DNA from: Candidatus Eiseniibacteriota bacterium
GTDB lineage: Bacteria; Eisenbacteria; RBG-16-71-46
Assembly (NCBI GenBank): GCA_031370785.1
Contig: JANMQY010000050.1
Location: forward strand, 1-31,990
Length of the DNA stretch: 31,990 bases
Reading direction: 5' to 3'
The translations under genes were made by a program, and so were the position numbers. The notes beneath the pieces are model-generated. The model was not told where the DNA came from. It saw only the letters and a program-made list of their open reading frames with translations, and searched no databases. Position 1 is the first letter of the stretch, and the number at the start of each line of letters is the position of its first letter. Shown piece after piece: positions 16,778 through 26,058 of this stretch.

Positions 16778-17230
16778 TCAGTCGCGAACGTTTCGCACCG
16801 CCTGAATCGCCCGGTCGAGCGCCTGCAGGAAGCGCGAGCGGTCGCGCGGGTCGAACGGCGCTGGGCCACCCGATTCGAGCCCGGCGCTGCGCAGCTCGGA
16901 GAGCAGGTTTCGCGTCGCGAGGATCTCTCCGATGTTCGATTCCGTGAAGGGCAGGCCACTCATCCCCAGCACCCGCGCATCTTTCTCGAGGCAGCGGGCC
17001 GCGAGCGGGATGTCGGCCGTGATCACGATGTCATCGCGGTCGACGTGCGCGACGATCCAGTCGTCCGCAGCGTTGAAACCCTGCTCGACGACTTCGAGGG
17101 CGATGTCCGGGTGGCTCGGAATCCGCATCCAGGAATGAGCCACGAGGGTCACCCCAAGCTGGTAGCGCTGCGCGACCCGATACACTTCCTGCTTGACGGG
17201 ACAGGCGTCGGCGTCGACGAAGATGTGCAC
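16778..17230 (-). CDS. yaiI: YaiI/YqxD family protein (DUF188, PIN-like)
   Basis: 150 aa; motifs IFVDADACPVK, AADDWI, DIVITADIPLAARC and GGPAPF...DRSRFLQALD. Confidence 0.93.
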   Translation of the reverse strand: MHIFVDADACPVKQEVYRVAQRYQLGVTLVAHSWMRIPSHPDIALEVVEQGFNAADDWIVAHVDRDDIVITADIPLAARCLEKDARVLGMSGLPFTESNIGEILATRNLLSELRSAGLESGGPAPFDPRDRSRFLQALDRAIQAVRNVRD

Positions 17231-17239
17231 CGGTCCAGA

Positions 17240-17938
17240 CTACCACCGCGCGATGCAGAAACCAGGGACCCGCTCGCGCAGCAGGTCTCCCAGCTGACTG
17301 CGACAGCTCCGGCAGAACTCGCCGCTCGATCCGTCGACCGAGGCGATGCCACCCTCCGCGTCGTTCATGATGCAGCGCGCGGTGTCGCAATGATGAAGGC
17401 CAAGAGTATGTCCGAGCTCATGGACCGCGACCTGGCACAGCCGCTGCCTCACGAGACTCTCGGAGGCGTGATGCCCGGAGAGCCGGTAGGTCGAGATCAC
17501 GCCCGAAGAACGCCTCAGACCCGCGACCCCCATGACGCCCCAGTCATAGGTGCGCCCCTTGGTCACCGACAGGTCGCGCGACATGAGACCGAGGATCTTC
17601 GTGGTCCGCGAGGGCCGGGTGGCCTCGAGCCAGTCGACGAGCCGATCTCCGCGGAAGCGCCTCCGCGGCTGATAGAACGCCAATTCGGGCAGCGGCTTCG
17701 CGTGCAGAACGATCGTGTGGACCGCAAAGGTGGCCCGGATGCGCGCGGCGACTGCATCGACCAGCGCGCGATCCAGTTCACCCAGCGGCTGAATCGCAAC
17801 GATGGGTTCGGCCGCACTGGAGTGCGGAATGCCAGGCTCGCTCGCCGGCTGCGAATGACTCGCCGGCGCCCTTGCGGGGAGTGCAAAGGCGGCAAGAATC
17901 GGCAGCAATAAGGCAACCAGGCACGTCGGGGGGCGCAC
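17240..17938 (-). CDS. Archaemetzincin-like Zn metalloprotease (peptidase M54) with signal peptide
   Basis: HELGHTLGLHHC-x4-CIM...FCRSC (metzincin motif plus Cys4 Zn site); hydrophobic N-terminus. Confidence 0.9.
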   Translation of the reverse strand: MRPPTCLVALLLPILAAFALPARAPASHSQPASEPGIPHSSAAEPIVAIQPLGELDRALVDAVAARIRATFAVHTIVLHAKPLPELAFYQPRRRFRGDRLVDWLEATRPSRTTKILGLMSRDLSVTKGRTYDWGVMGVAGLRRSSGVISTYRLSGHHASESLVRQRLCQVAVHELGHTLGLHHCDTARCIMNDAEGGIASVDGSSGEFCRSCRSQLGDLLRERVPGFCIARW

Positions 17939-18021
17939 TCATGGGTTATCGGCCACACGGCGCGCCTTCTGCACCAGCCAACTCCATCGGAAGGATGCTG
18001 GCATCAACCATGGAGGGAATC

Positions 18022-18582
18022 ATGAAGCGCAGAATCCTCACTGTTACTGTCGCCCTGTGCGCGCTGACTGCGTCGAGCGCGATGGCGCAGTCCAATCTCG
18101 GCCTCAAGAACCTGGGCGTGGCGGTGGGATTCGTGAGCCCCGAAAACCTGGATGGCACGTTCAGCTTCGGAGTGTTCGCGGACCACGGCACGATCGCGCC
18201 GCGGATCGGCCTCGAGTCCCGCGTCGACTACTGGGAATGGTCCGAGTCCGCATTCGGCGCCAAGACTTCCGTCAGCGACATCGCGGTCGGCGCCCGCGGC
18301 AAGTACTACTTCAGCGTCATCAATCCGAAGGTCAGACCGTTTGCCGGCGCCGGGCTCGGAATGCATTTTCTCCACGCCAAGGTTTCGGTTCCGGCACAGC
18401 CCGGATTTCCGGCCATGTCCATCGAAGATTCCTCCACCAAGCTCGGGCTCGACCTGGGCGGCGGCCTGGCGATGCCCGTCGCGCCGCGCACCGAGCTGCT
18501 CGGCGAGATCTGGTACGGGGTGATCAGCGACATCAGCCAGTTCTCATTCCGGGTCGGAATGTCCCGCAAGCTCGGCTCGTAA
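18022..18582 (+). CDS. Small outer-membrane beta-barrel protein (OmpA-TM/OmpW-like)
   Basis: GGAGGG RBS and ATG 18022. Signal peptide AMA|Q. Alternating beta-strands, with KYYF...VRPFAGAGLG and KLGLDLGGG. 186 aa. Confidence 0.88.
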   Translation: MKRRILTVTVALCALTASSAMAQSNLGLKNLGVAVGFVSPENLDGTFSFGVFADHGTIAPRIGLESRVDYWEWSESAFGAKTSVSDIAVGARGKYYFSVINPKVRPFAGAGLGMHFLHAKVSVPAQPGFPAMSIEDSSTKLGLDLGGGLAMPVAPRTELLGEIWYGVISDISQFSFRVGMSRKLGS

Positions 18583-18598
18583 TTCGAAACAAACGTCG

Positions 18599-18634
18599 GC
18601 GGCCGCTCCCCCCCGGGGTCGCGCGGCCGCTTTC
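18599..18634. terminator. Possible bidirectional terminator between convergent genes
   Basis: GCGGCCGC...GCGGCCGC stem, with TTTC on the plus side and GTTTGTTT on the minus side. Confidence 0.45.
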
Positions 18635-18651
18635 GCATCCGGGTTCCGCGT

Positions 18652-21600
18652 CTATCTCAGCAGCGCCATCTTCCTCTGTTGCGTGACCTTGCCGACCTGA
18701 AGCCGGTAGAAGTAGACGCCGGTCGTGAGTCCCCTTGCGTCGACCTGAACCCGATAACTCCCGGGAGTCTGGTACCGGTCGACCAGGGTCTGCACCATGC
18801 GGCCCTGAATATCGTAGAGGCTGAGGACCACCTTCTGCGCAGTCGGAATGGCGTATGCGATCTCGGTCGCGCGACGGAACGGGTTCGGGGCGTTCTGCGC
18901 GAGCGACACGATGCCCGACAGGTTGGGCCCGATCCTCTCGACGCCGACCGTAACGGAATCGGTGCCGCCGAACTGGTAGTAACGGGCCAGGAACTCCTGC
19001 AGGTACTGGTTGGTGGTGTCGAAGTCCCGGATGATCAGCGTGTTCTCGTTGTTCGAGTTCTCCGCCGAGCTCGACCAGTTGTGAGAGCCGGTCAGCGTGA
19101 CCGCGTTGTATTGCGGGGACTCCGCATCCACGATGCAGTACTTGTGGTGCAGCAGCCCGGACGCTCCGGTCTTGAGCCGGACGTCCACTCCATTCGCGAC
19201 CAGGTTCGAGTACTCCGATCCTGTGTCGGTGCCGTTGTCGAGATCTCCGCGGACCTTGATCCCGGCGGTTTTCTTCGCGATGAGCGAGCTCGCAATGTCC
19301 GAGCGGGTGAGCGTCAACAGCTGGAATCCAACTGAGTGCTGCGCTCCGTTGATGAGCGAGACGATCTGAGACGTCACGCCATCGGACGGACTGAAGTAGC
19401 TTTCGATGTTTCGCCCGCCGATCAGGAACCGGTGGGGCGTGTCGTCGAGCTTGCGCGCGCCGAATCGCGAAACCGATGCGTTCGGAGTGTCGGTGCTGCT
19501 CCCCCACATCTCGTTGAACTCGAGCGTGTATGCATTGGCGAGCGCCTGGTCCTGGATCTCGACCGCATTCTGGAAGTCGTTGTTGGTGCCCGGGTCGGTC
19601 GGATTCCAGGAGCCGGTCCAGACCCAGATGCTCTCGGGCGCGCCGGCACGGGCATCGATGACGAAGAACTTGTTGTGCATGAGGCCGAGGCCGTTGTTGA
19701 TCGGATCGAGGCGATCGGTGATGAAGGGAATGCCGCTCGAGGCGATCGCGTTAAACGCGGTGGTGCTCTTGTTGTCGTCCTCGCAGATGAGGCGAACCTT
19801 CACTCCCCGGTTCTTGGCGTTGATGAGAGCGTTTGAGAGCAAGGTGCCCGGACTTCCGCTCAGGCTGTAGAGCGCGACGTCGATCGAGCGCTTCGCGTTG
19901 TCGATGTGGGGAATGAGCAGGGACGGCAGATTCTGGTTGCCGTTCGCCTCGTGCAGCCACGCGACGCTTACGTTCACACTCTTGTTGAAGTACACGTGCA
20001 GCTGGCCGGTGGACTGCGCGGGCGATGCGGTGCTGAACATGCGGGTCGAGGAGAAATTGGTCCCGTTCGCATCGCCCGATCCCACGCTGTAGTGGTAGGC
20101 GGTCGCGGGGTTGAGCCCGCCCACCGTCACTGTGTGGACAGTAACCGGCGTGGAATCGACGACGCTGTCTCCGAACGCCGGGGTCGTCCCGTAGTGAACG
20201 ATGCTCGAAGAGGCGACGTCGGTGGTCCAGTGGAGCTGGACCGAGGTCGGCTGCAGGTTGTCTTCGTAGGGAGCGGTCAGAATGATCGGACCCGGATGCG
20301 CGATGATGTCGGCCGGCGTGCGCGGCGAGATCTCGTAGTCCGCTGTGTACGGAGGCCCGGGAGCGGGAGTGCCGGGCTTGAACTGCTTCAGTATCCCGAT
20401 CACGTCGAACACACTCGGTGTCGGCGGGTAGGTGTTCGGGATGAAAATGTTGGTAGTGCCCGACGCGTCAGTGATGGTCGAGGTCGTCGCGTTGTACGTC
20501 ACGCCATTGATGCGAATGAGCCGCCCCTCGTTTGGTTCCGTGTAGTCCGGCTTGAAGGTGGCGTTGACGTCGGCGCAATTGAGGACCATCGGCTCGGGAA
20601 CCGGCCGCCCGGTGGCGTGCCGGACTAGCAGCGAGAAGTCCGGCTGAATCTCGGTGAGGCCACGGAATTGAAGGATGGAGCCGGTGACCGTGATGCTGTC
20701 TCCCGGAGCCAGAGTGAGCGGCCCGAGGCTCGCATTGAACAGATTGATGCCGGCCGTTCCGTCCTGGACGTAGACGTCGGTCCGCACGTCGCTGAAGTTG
20801 ACGGTGACGACGCCGGTCACGGTGGCCTCATCGCCGACCGCGTACGGGGAGGCCGCGACGCCGTTCGAGCTGTTCACGTGGACCACGACGATAGGCACGA
20901 GCTCGAAGACGCGAACGCTCGGATGCTTCGTGATCGGTGTGAGCGTGCCGGCGGCGACCGAGGTGCTGACGAAGAACGTGGTGTTTCCCTTGGTCGCGGG
21001 AGTCGTGAGGTTCGCGATCGAGACCGTGCCGCTGTCGGTCGGGCTGATCGATGCCTGGGAGACGAAGATCGTGTCCCCGTTCACCGACGCCACCGCGGAC
21101 GCGAAGGCCGTTCCCGCCAGGGTCAGCGATGCCACCTGGTGCGACCAGGTCCACACCGGCGGTACTACAATCCTGAGGTTGGTCAGCGTGTACGCGGAGT
21201 CCTGAGCGAAGGAGAGCGTTAGCGTGTCGAGCGCGCGATCCGAGAAAACCGTGACCGGGATCACGCGCGCGCGACCGCTGCCGTTGCCGCCGGATGCGAA
21301 GGTCGGCTCGGGCGAAGTCGAAGCGTTCTGCGGGTTCCGGCCATGCGTCTGCGCGACATAGTCCGCGCCATTGTTGTTGGTATCCTGGCCGTTGCCGAGC
21401 AGCTCATGTGCGCCGCCGGCCGCGAGCGAGTCCGCCGTGGATGAGGCGAGCGCCTTGCGCTCGACGCTGTTTCCGTTGGCAGTGGTCCCGTGGTTCGGGG
21501 CCGCGACGCCGCCCTCGGGATCGATCGCGGTGCCCCAGCCGACCTTGTCGACCTCGATCGACGCTGCATCGATGATCCGCACGTGACCGTTATCGGCCAT

Positions 21601-21966
21601 TCCGGTCCCTGAGGTCCATAGCCCCGAGGAGAAGTCGGGAGTGACCGAGCCGATGTAGGAAGTGTTGGCGAGCAGGAAGAATCCGTGCGCCGGAATCGAC
21701 GAATTCGCCGGCAGCACCACCCGATCGTTCCAGATCGTTCCCGAGAACGACTTGTACTGAAGCTTCCAGCCCGCAATGTTGATCGGGCTCGCGGTCGGAT
21801 TGTAGAGTTCGACGAATTCGTCCGTGGCTGCCGAGGGACCTCGAGTCGCGAACTCGCTGATGACCACGTGGTTCGCCGCGGCTCGAGCCGTCGGAACCGC
21901 CCCCACGGTCAGTGTCACGGCTGTCAACAGGGCGAGAGCGCTGTAAGTTCGGGGCAATGGATGCAT
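18652..21966 (-). CDS. Secreted multidomain PLD-superfamily enzyme (lamin-tail, OB-fold, Fn3-like, two HKD motifs, T9SS-CTD-like), probable nuclease or phospholipase
   Basis: Lamin-tail motifs HVVISEF...DEFVELYNPT...GWKL. OB-fold YVQDGTAGI...GDSITVTG...GLTEI. HKD motifs HNKFFVID and HHKYCIVD, each followed by TGSxN. C-terminal QNAPNPF...YDIQGR...GVYFYRL. Start ATG 21966 is preferred (alternative 22023). Confidence 0.9.
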   Translation of the reverse strand: MHPLPRTYSALALLTAVTLTVGAVPTARAAANHVVISEFATRGPSAATDEFVELYNPTASPINIAGWKLQYKSFSGTIWNDRVVLPANSSIPAHGFFLLANTSYIGSVTPDFSSGLWTSGTGMADNGHVRIIDAASIEVDKVGWGTAIDPEGGVAAPNHGTTANGNSVERKALASSTADSLAAGGAHELLGNGQDTNNNGADYVAQTHGRNPQNASTSPEPTFASGGNGSGRARVIPVTVFSDRALDTLTLSFAQDSAYTLTNLRIVVPPVWTWSHQVASLTLAGTAFASAVASVNGDTIFVSQASISPTDSGTVSIANLTTPATKGNTTFFVSTSVAAGTLTPITKHPSVRVFELVPIVVVHVNSSNGVAASPYAVGDEATVTGVVTVNFSDVRTDVYVQDGTAGINLFNASLGPLTLAPGDSITVTGSILQFRGLTEIQPDFSLLVRHATGRPVPEPMVLNCADVNATFKPDYTEPNEGRLIRINGVTYNATTSTITDASGTTNIFIPNTYPPTPSVFDVIGILKQFKPGTPAPGPPYTADYEISPRTPADIIAHPGPIILTAPYEDNLQPTSVQLHWTTDVASSSIVHYGTTPAFGDSVVDSTPVTVHTVTVGGLNPATAYHYSVGSGDANGTNFSSTRMFSTASPAQSTGQLHVYFNKSVNVSVAWLHEANGNQNLPSLLIPHIDNAKRSIDVALYSLSGSPGTLLSNALINAKNRGVKVRLICEDDNKSTTAFNAIASSGIPFITDRLDPINNGLGLMHNKFFVIDARAGAPESIWVWTGSWNPTDPGTNNDFQNAVEIQDQALANAYTLEFNEMWGSSTDTPNASVSRFGARKLDDTPHRFLIGGRNIESYFSPSDGVTSQIVSLINGAQHSVGFQLLTLTRSDIASSLIAKKTAGIKVRGDLDNGTDTGSEYSNLVANGVDVRLKTGASGLLHHKYCIVDAESPQYNAVTLTGSHNWSSSAENSNNENTLIIRDFDTTNQYLQEFLARYYQFGGTDSVTVGVERIGPNLSGIVSLAQNAPNPFRRATEIAYAIPTAQKVVLSLYDIQGRMVQTLVDRYQTPGSYRVQVDARGLTTGVYFYRLQVGKVTQQRKMALLR

Positions 21967-22242
21967 GGTTGGGCTCGCTCGAGGGGGAGACAGGGCGTGG
22001 GAATGGACGGAATGGCGCGCCACGAGCGTAGCACGCGACCGTGCCCCATCGGAAGACTCATGAGTGCAGACATACCGCCGGTTCCATGCGATACAAGGCG
22101 ATGCTCATGGTGCTCGCGCACCAGAGCCGCAGCGGCGAGGCGGGTGGGCCGCTGCGCTGGCTGGCGTCCTGATTCGAGCCGTGTCGTTCGAAGTGCGGCG
22201 CGCCGCGATTCAACTCGAACGCCGGAAGTCAGATGCCGACGT

Positions 22243-24510
22243 CTAGTGCTGCCAGGCGTACGAGACCTTGGTGAACCACTGGCGGCTGCTCGGCTCGAGC
22301 TCGTCGGTGCTGGCGGCGAACGAGCGCTCGTCTCCATATCCGGCATAGAGAACGGTCTGCCAGTTGAGCTTGTAGGCGAACAACCCCGAGCCGCTGAGCG
22401 ATGCCCCTTTCGGGGCCCTCGGGCTGAGATAGAGCGAAGTGTCGCGCCGGGTCTCGACGAACTGGCCGACCACTCGGACTAATGAGCGAGCGTTGAACGA
22501 CCACGTGGCGCGCAGACGCTCTGCTCTCGCGGTAAAGAGCCGTCCCGAGCTCCCGCCGGCGTCATCCACGTCGAACCAGCGGCGGCTCGCGTCCGCCCGT
22601 AGCTCGAGGTGATCACCGGGACGCACCGAGACGGTTCCGATGAGCGTCACTCCGCTGCCCTCGCGGCCGTTGGCGAAATCGATCTCGTCACCGAAGTAGC
22701 TATCGATCGAGAAGAAGTTGATCACGCGTCCGGGGCTCGACTGGACATAGAAGCGGGGCCGGAATCGCTGCAGCAGTGCGCTCCCGACCCTCAGCTGGTC
22801 TCGGTTCAGCTCGACCCGGGTGAAGCTGTTCCACTTTCCGTCGAACCCGGTGCCGATGGAGGTTCGCTGGCTCAACTCGTTGCCATCGGCCCCATGGTCG
22901 TAGTAGTCGGTGGTGAAGAATCGCACCCTCGACAGAAAGGACTTCTTCGGCCGGATCGTGTATCCGACGTCCGCATAGATCTCGCGGTACCCGACCTGCG
23001 GAATGAAGCCGTTGTCGGCGCGGAAGTCCTCGCCGAGGTCCTGCGCCTGCACGTACCAGTCCTCGTGCGGGGTGCCGTGCGACCACGAGAGAAATGCGGC
23101 GCCGTCCGACAGCCGCTGACCCTGCCATTCGGCGGCGAGGTCCGGACGATTCAGAGTCTGGCTCTCGCTCCACAGGAACTGGCCGGTGAACGAATCCGAG
23201 GGCCGGGGGCGCCACTGGAAATCGGGGCCGAAAACGCGATTCGATCCGCCGCCATGAATCTCACGCGTGGTGGCGAGCAGGCTCACGAACGAGCGACCGA
23301 GATCGTGCCGAAGGCGCACGACACCCACCTCCGACGTGTAGTCCTGTAGCGCGAACCCGGAATTCTGCGGCCCCGGCAGGATCACAACGCCGCCTCCTTC
23401 GTCCTGGGCCACGAGGGCGGTGTAGGAAGTCGCGCCGAAGCGCCCGGTGGCGCGTACCCCGGCGCGCGGCGAATTGACGGTGCGCGTGTAGACGGCGGTG
23501 AACGGAGTCGAAAGCAGGTCGACTCCCTCGAGGAAGAACGGGCGCTTCTCGGGATAGAACAGGGCGAAGCGCTCGTTGGCCACGATCTGCGGCACGTCGG
23601 ATTCCACCTGCGAGAAATCCGGGTTCAGCGTGGCGTCGATTGCGGTGTTCGCGACCGGATTCCATTTCAGGTCGAGCCCGGCATCGGACTTGATGTCGTC
23701 GCTCTCGAGCGGGCTTCCGAGCCCGGCGCGTGGCGCGCTGGATTGCGACGCGGTCGCGAACGGCGCGACCACGAGATGGGAACCGTGCGGCAGGTTGGCA
23801 AGTCCGGTGAGCTTGCTCGAATTGCAGATGAAGCAGTTGACGTCGCGCGGCAGGCGTGCGGAGAAGAACTGGTAGCGACGATCGCGCGGGTAGTTGCGGT
23901 AGAGCAGGATTCCCCAGGTCGGCTCGGTCTCGTGGCTGTAGCGCAGCGAGGAGAAGGGAATGCGGATCTCTAGCGACCATCCGGTAGCGGTGATCTTCCC
24001 GATCGACTCCCAGTAGAAATCGGGCGAGCTGTCCTCTCCCGATGCGTCGCTGGTCAACGCGTCGTACTGCACGCCGCGAGGATTGGCGAGAAACATCTGG
24101 GCGGTCTTGCCATCGCCGCGGCTGTCGAGGATCACGCCCGCATAGTCGGTCGAGGACGGCACGGCATCGTGATCGCCGAGCGGCGCGCGGATCGCGCCGG
24201 GATTCGGGTCCTCGAAGACGAAGCCGGCATAGAAGTATTTGTCGTCGTAAGTCAGGTACGCGACGTTCTTCGCCTGCGGCTCGACGTTGTCTCCGACCCG
24301 GGTCTCGAACCATGCAGTGATGCCCGGGATGCCCTTCCACCCCGCATCCGAGAGATCGCCATCCACAGCGATCGGACCCGAGGCTTTCTGGATCGTGAGC
24401 GGTGGTCCGGGCTTCGGGTCGGCCGCCCACGCGCTCGTCGTCGAGACGATCAGCAGCGCTGCGAGAAGTCGAAGAACTGTGCGCGGTATTCGATCGGTGA
24501 CGATGGTCAT
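22243..24510 (-). CDS. CBM9-like (DOMON-type) domain + DUF5916-like outer-membrane barrel protein
   Basis: GGAG RBS and ATG 24510. Signal peptide AWA|A. Motifs IAVDGDLSD..W, WSLEIRIPFSSLRY and TLNPDFSQVESD...FALFYPEKRPFFLEG; C-terminal KVSYAW strand. Confidence 0.88.
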   Translation of the reverse strand: MTIVTDRIPRTVLRLLAALLIVSTTSAWAADPKPGPPLTIQKASGPIAVDGDLSDAGWKGIPGITAWFETRVGDNVEPQAKNVAYLTYDDKYFYAGFVFEDPNPGAIRAPLGDHDAVPSSTDYAGVILDSRGDGKTAQMFLANPRGVQYDALTSDASGEDSSPDFYWESIGKITATGWSLEIRIPFSSLRYSHETEPTWGILLYRNYPRDRRYQFFSARLPRDVNCFICNSSKLTGLANLPHGSHLVVAPFATASQSSAPRAGLGSPLESDDIKSDAGLDLKWNPVANTAIDATLNPDFSQVESDVPQIVANERFALFYPEKRPFFLEGVDLLSTPFTAVYTRTVNSPRAGVRATGRFGATSYTALVAQDEGGGVVILPGPQNSGFALQDYTSEVGVVRLRHDLGRSFVSLLATTREIHGGGSNRVFGPDFQWRPRPSDSFTGQFLWSESQTLNRPDLAAEWQGQRLSDGAAFLSWSHGTPHEDWYVQAQDLGEDFRADNGFIPQVGYREIYADVGYTIRPKKSFLSRVRFFTTDYYDHGADGNELSQRTSIGTGFDGKWNSFTRVELNRDQLRVGSALLQRFRPRFYVQSSPGRVINFFSIDSYFGDEIDFANGREGSGVTLIGTVSVRPGDHLELRADASRRWFDVDDAGGSSGRLFTARAERLRATWSFNARSLVRVVGQFVETRRDTSLYLSPRAPKGASLSGSGLFAYKLNWQTVLYAGYGDERSFAASTDELEPSSRQWFTKVSYAWQH

Positions 24511-24711
24511 GGGCGGCTCCAGGACGAACGATTGACGGGCTGCCGGGGCTCGGGCAGTCGATCGAAGCGCTGCGTTCGCTTGATCAGATAGCGGGAGACA
24601 TCCGGTGAGCGAGCCCTCCCGGCCGAGTGAGGTCTTCGGATGGACGAGCGCGGAGAATGCGCGGGTGGTCGTGTGCCGCCACGACGTGCCGGATGGGATC
24701 GAAGCGGACAC

Positions 24712-24750
24712 GACGAAGCTCGAGCGCCCGGGGGGCGCTCGAGCTTCGTC
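24712..24750. repeat. Perfect 18-bp intergenic inverted repeat
   Basis: GACGAAGCTCGAGCGCCC-GGG-GGGCGCTCGAGCTTCGTC. Confidence 0.85.
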
Positions 24751-24854
24751 AGGCGGGATGGACCAGAGCCAGGGCCCTCATCGGGGGCTGGCGCGCCTGG
24801 CTCGATGCGCGGCTTCCGACGGAACCGGCGCCCGCCAGGTAGGCGGCGAGCGAT

Positions 24855-24908
24855 ACGGCCTCCGTTCCTTTTCCTGCGCCCGAAGGACGCAGAGGGGACG
24901 GAGGCCGT
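24855..24908 (-). terminator. Long hairpin directly 3' of the M15A gene (terminator or mRNA stabiliser)
   Basis: Outer stem ACGGCCTCCGT/ACGGAGGCCGT with an inner stem capped by cUUCGg on the minus strand; no U-tract. Confidence 0.5.
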
Positions 24909-24919
24909 TCAGAGGATAC

Positions 24920-25846
24920 CTACCAGCGGGCGCGATGGCCCCGTGCGTCCACGTGCACGAACGGTCCGTGCGCGCTGGTCGCACGATAGGCCGACAGGCC
25001 TCCGACCAGTTCCGGATGTGCGGCCTCGACGCCCTCGGCCACGGCGAACAGCACGCGCGCGTCGCGCACGGTGATCTTTCCATCCTTGTCCAGGTCGTCC
25101 ATCCGGCCGTCCCGGTTCTCGTCCACGATCACGTCGGCCGCGTCGCCGTACATGTGGCGGCTATCTCGCGCGCGACCGCCCTTCGCTCCGACACCCTGTG
25201 CGTTGTACTGCGGCGTGCGGAATCCGGACATGACGTGCAGGCGGCTCGGGAGACCCCGGCGTTCCAGCTCGGCGCCGATCAGCTCCAGCTTGTCGAGCAG
25301 CGCCACGCGCAGCACCAGCACCTTGGGCCACACGTTCTGCTGATCGTGCGTCAGGAAGTCACCCAGCCGGAATCGCTTCGAGACCGGCGTGGTCTGGTTG
25401 TCCTGAGTGACGGAGATGAAACCATCGGGCGCCGCATAGTTCGGATTGCTCACGGCCAGCCCGCGCGTCGGCCAACGGCCAACGCGGTAGTTGCCGAGCC
25501 GGCTGTTGCGCGTCTCTCCGAATGGCTCGAGCGACACGACGACCAGAGAATCCCCTTCCGGCCCAAGCGGTCGCAGCGAATACACACCCGGCACGTCCAG
25601 CGGCAGCCCGGCGAGCAGCGGTTGCAGCTCGGACTTCTGCTCGAGCGAACCCGGGGTTCCGATCAGGGCGCGAAGCTCGCCACTGGAACCCAGGACTTCC
25701 TTGAGCGGAATGCGCAGGTCGTCGCCGTTGGTCATCGCCGCACCGGCCGTGACCGGGGCGCTGTTCATGACCGGCAGCGTCAGGGGCGCGACCAGCAGCG
25801 TGAAGGCTCCATAGAGGAGCGAGGCAATCTGGCGAATCTGGTTCAT
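24920..25846 (-). CDS. Peptidase M15A (YcbK/MepK-like) Zn peptidoglycan peptidase
   Basis: GGGAGG RBS and ATG 25846. Motifs MSGFRTPQYN, SRHMYGDAAD (H-x6-D) and FVHVD. 308 aa. Confidence 0.88.
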   Translation of the reverse strand: MNQIRQIASLLYGAFTLLVAPLTLPVMNSAPVTAGAAMTNGDDLRIPLKEVLGSSGELRALIGTPGSLEQKSELQPLLAGLPLDVPGVYSLRPLGPEGDSLVVVSLEPFGETRNSRLGNYRVGRWPTRGLAVSNPNYAAPDGFISVTQDNQTTPVSKRFRLGDFLTHDQQNVWPKVLVLRVALLDKLELIGAELERRGLPSRLHVMSGFRTPQYNAQGVGAKGGRARDSRHMYGDAADVIVDENRDGRMDDLDKDGKITVRDARVLFAVAEGVEAAHPELVGGLSAYRATSAHGPFVHVDARGHRARW

Positions 25847-26058
25847 GAGACCTCCCTGGATGCGCCGAAGATTCGTGAGCCGCATCCGGTGTGGTTCTAT
25901 TGGACCGATGAAACCGGAAGTTCGATGTGTTGTCGGGTGAAGGCGGGTGCTGCAGGTCCGGGGTTTCCCCCCAGGTTCTGCACCCGGCTGGTTCGTCACG
26001 TGACTGGCTGGATGGCCTGGATACCGCCATCTCGACAGAATGGGCACGGCAGTAGAAC

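Noticed and set aside
1922..17911. Long antisense or alternative-frame ORFs (e.g. 1922..3817+, 7277..8965+, 13571..15304+, 15458..17911+)
   Set aside because: They are shadow ORFs of high-GC genes: they overlap motif-supported genes, are Arg/Gly/Ala-rich and show no recognisable motifs.
17958..17973. Sigma54 promoter for the outer-membrane protein (CGGCGCG-CCTT-CTGCA)
   Set aside because: The GG-N10-GC spacing is right, but three mismatches to consensus in GC-rich DNA make a chance match likely.
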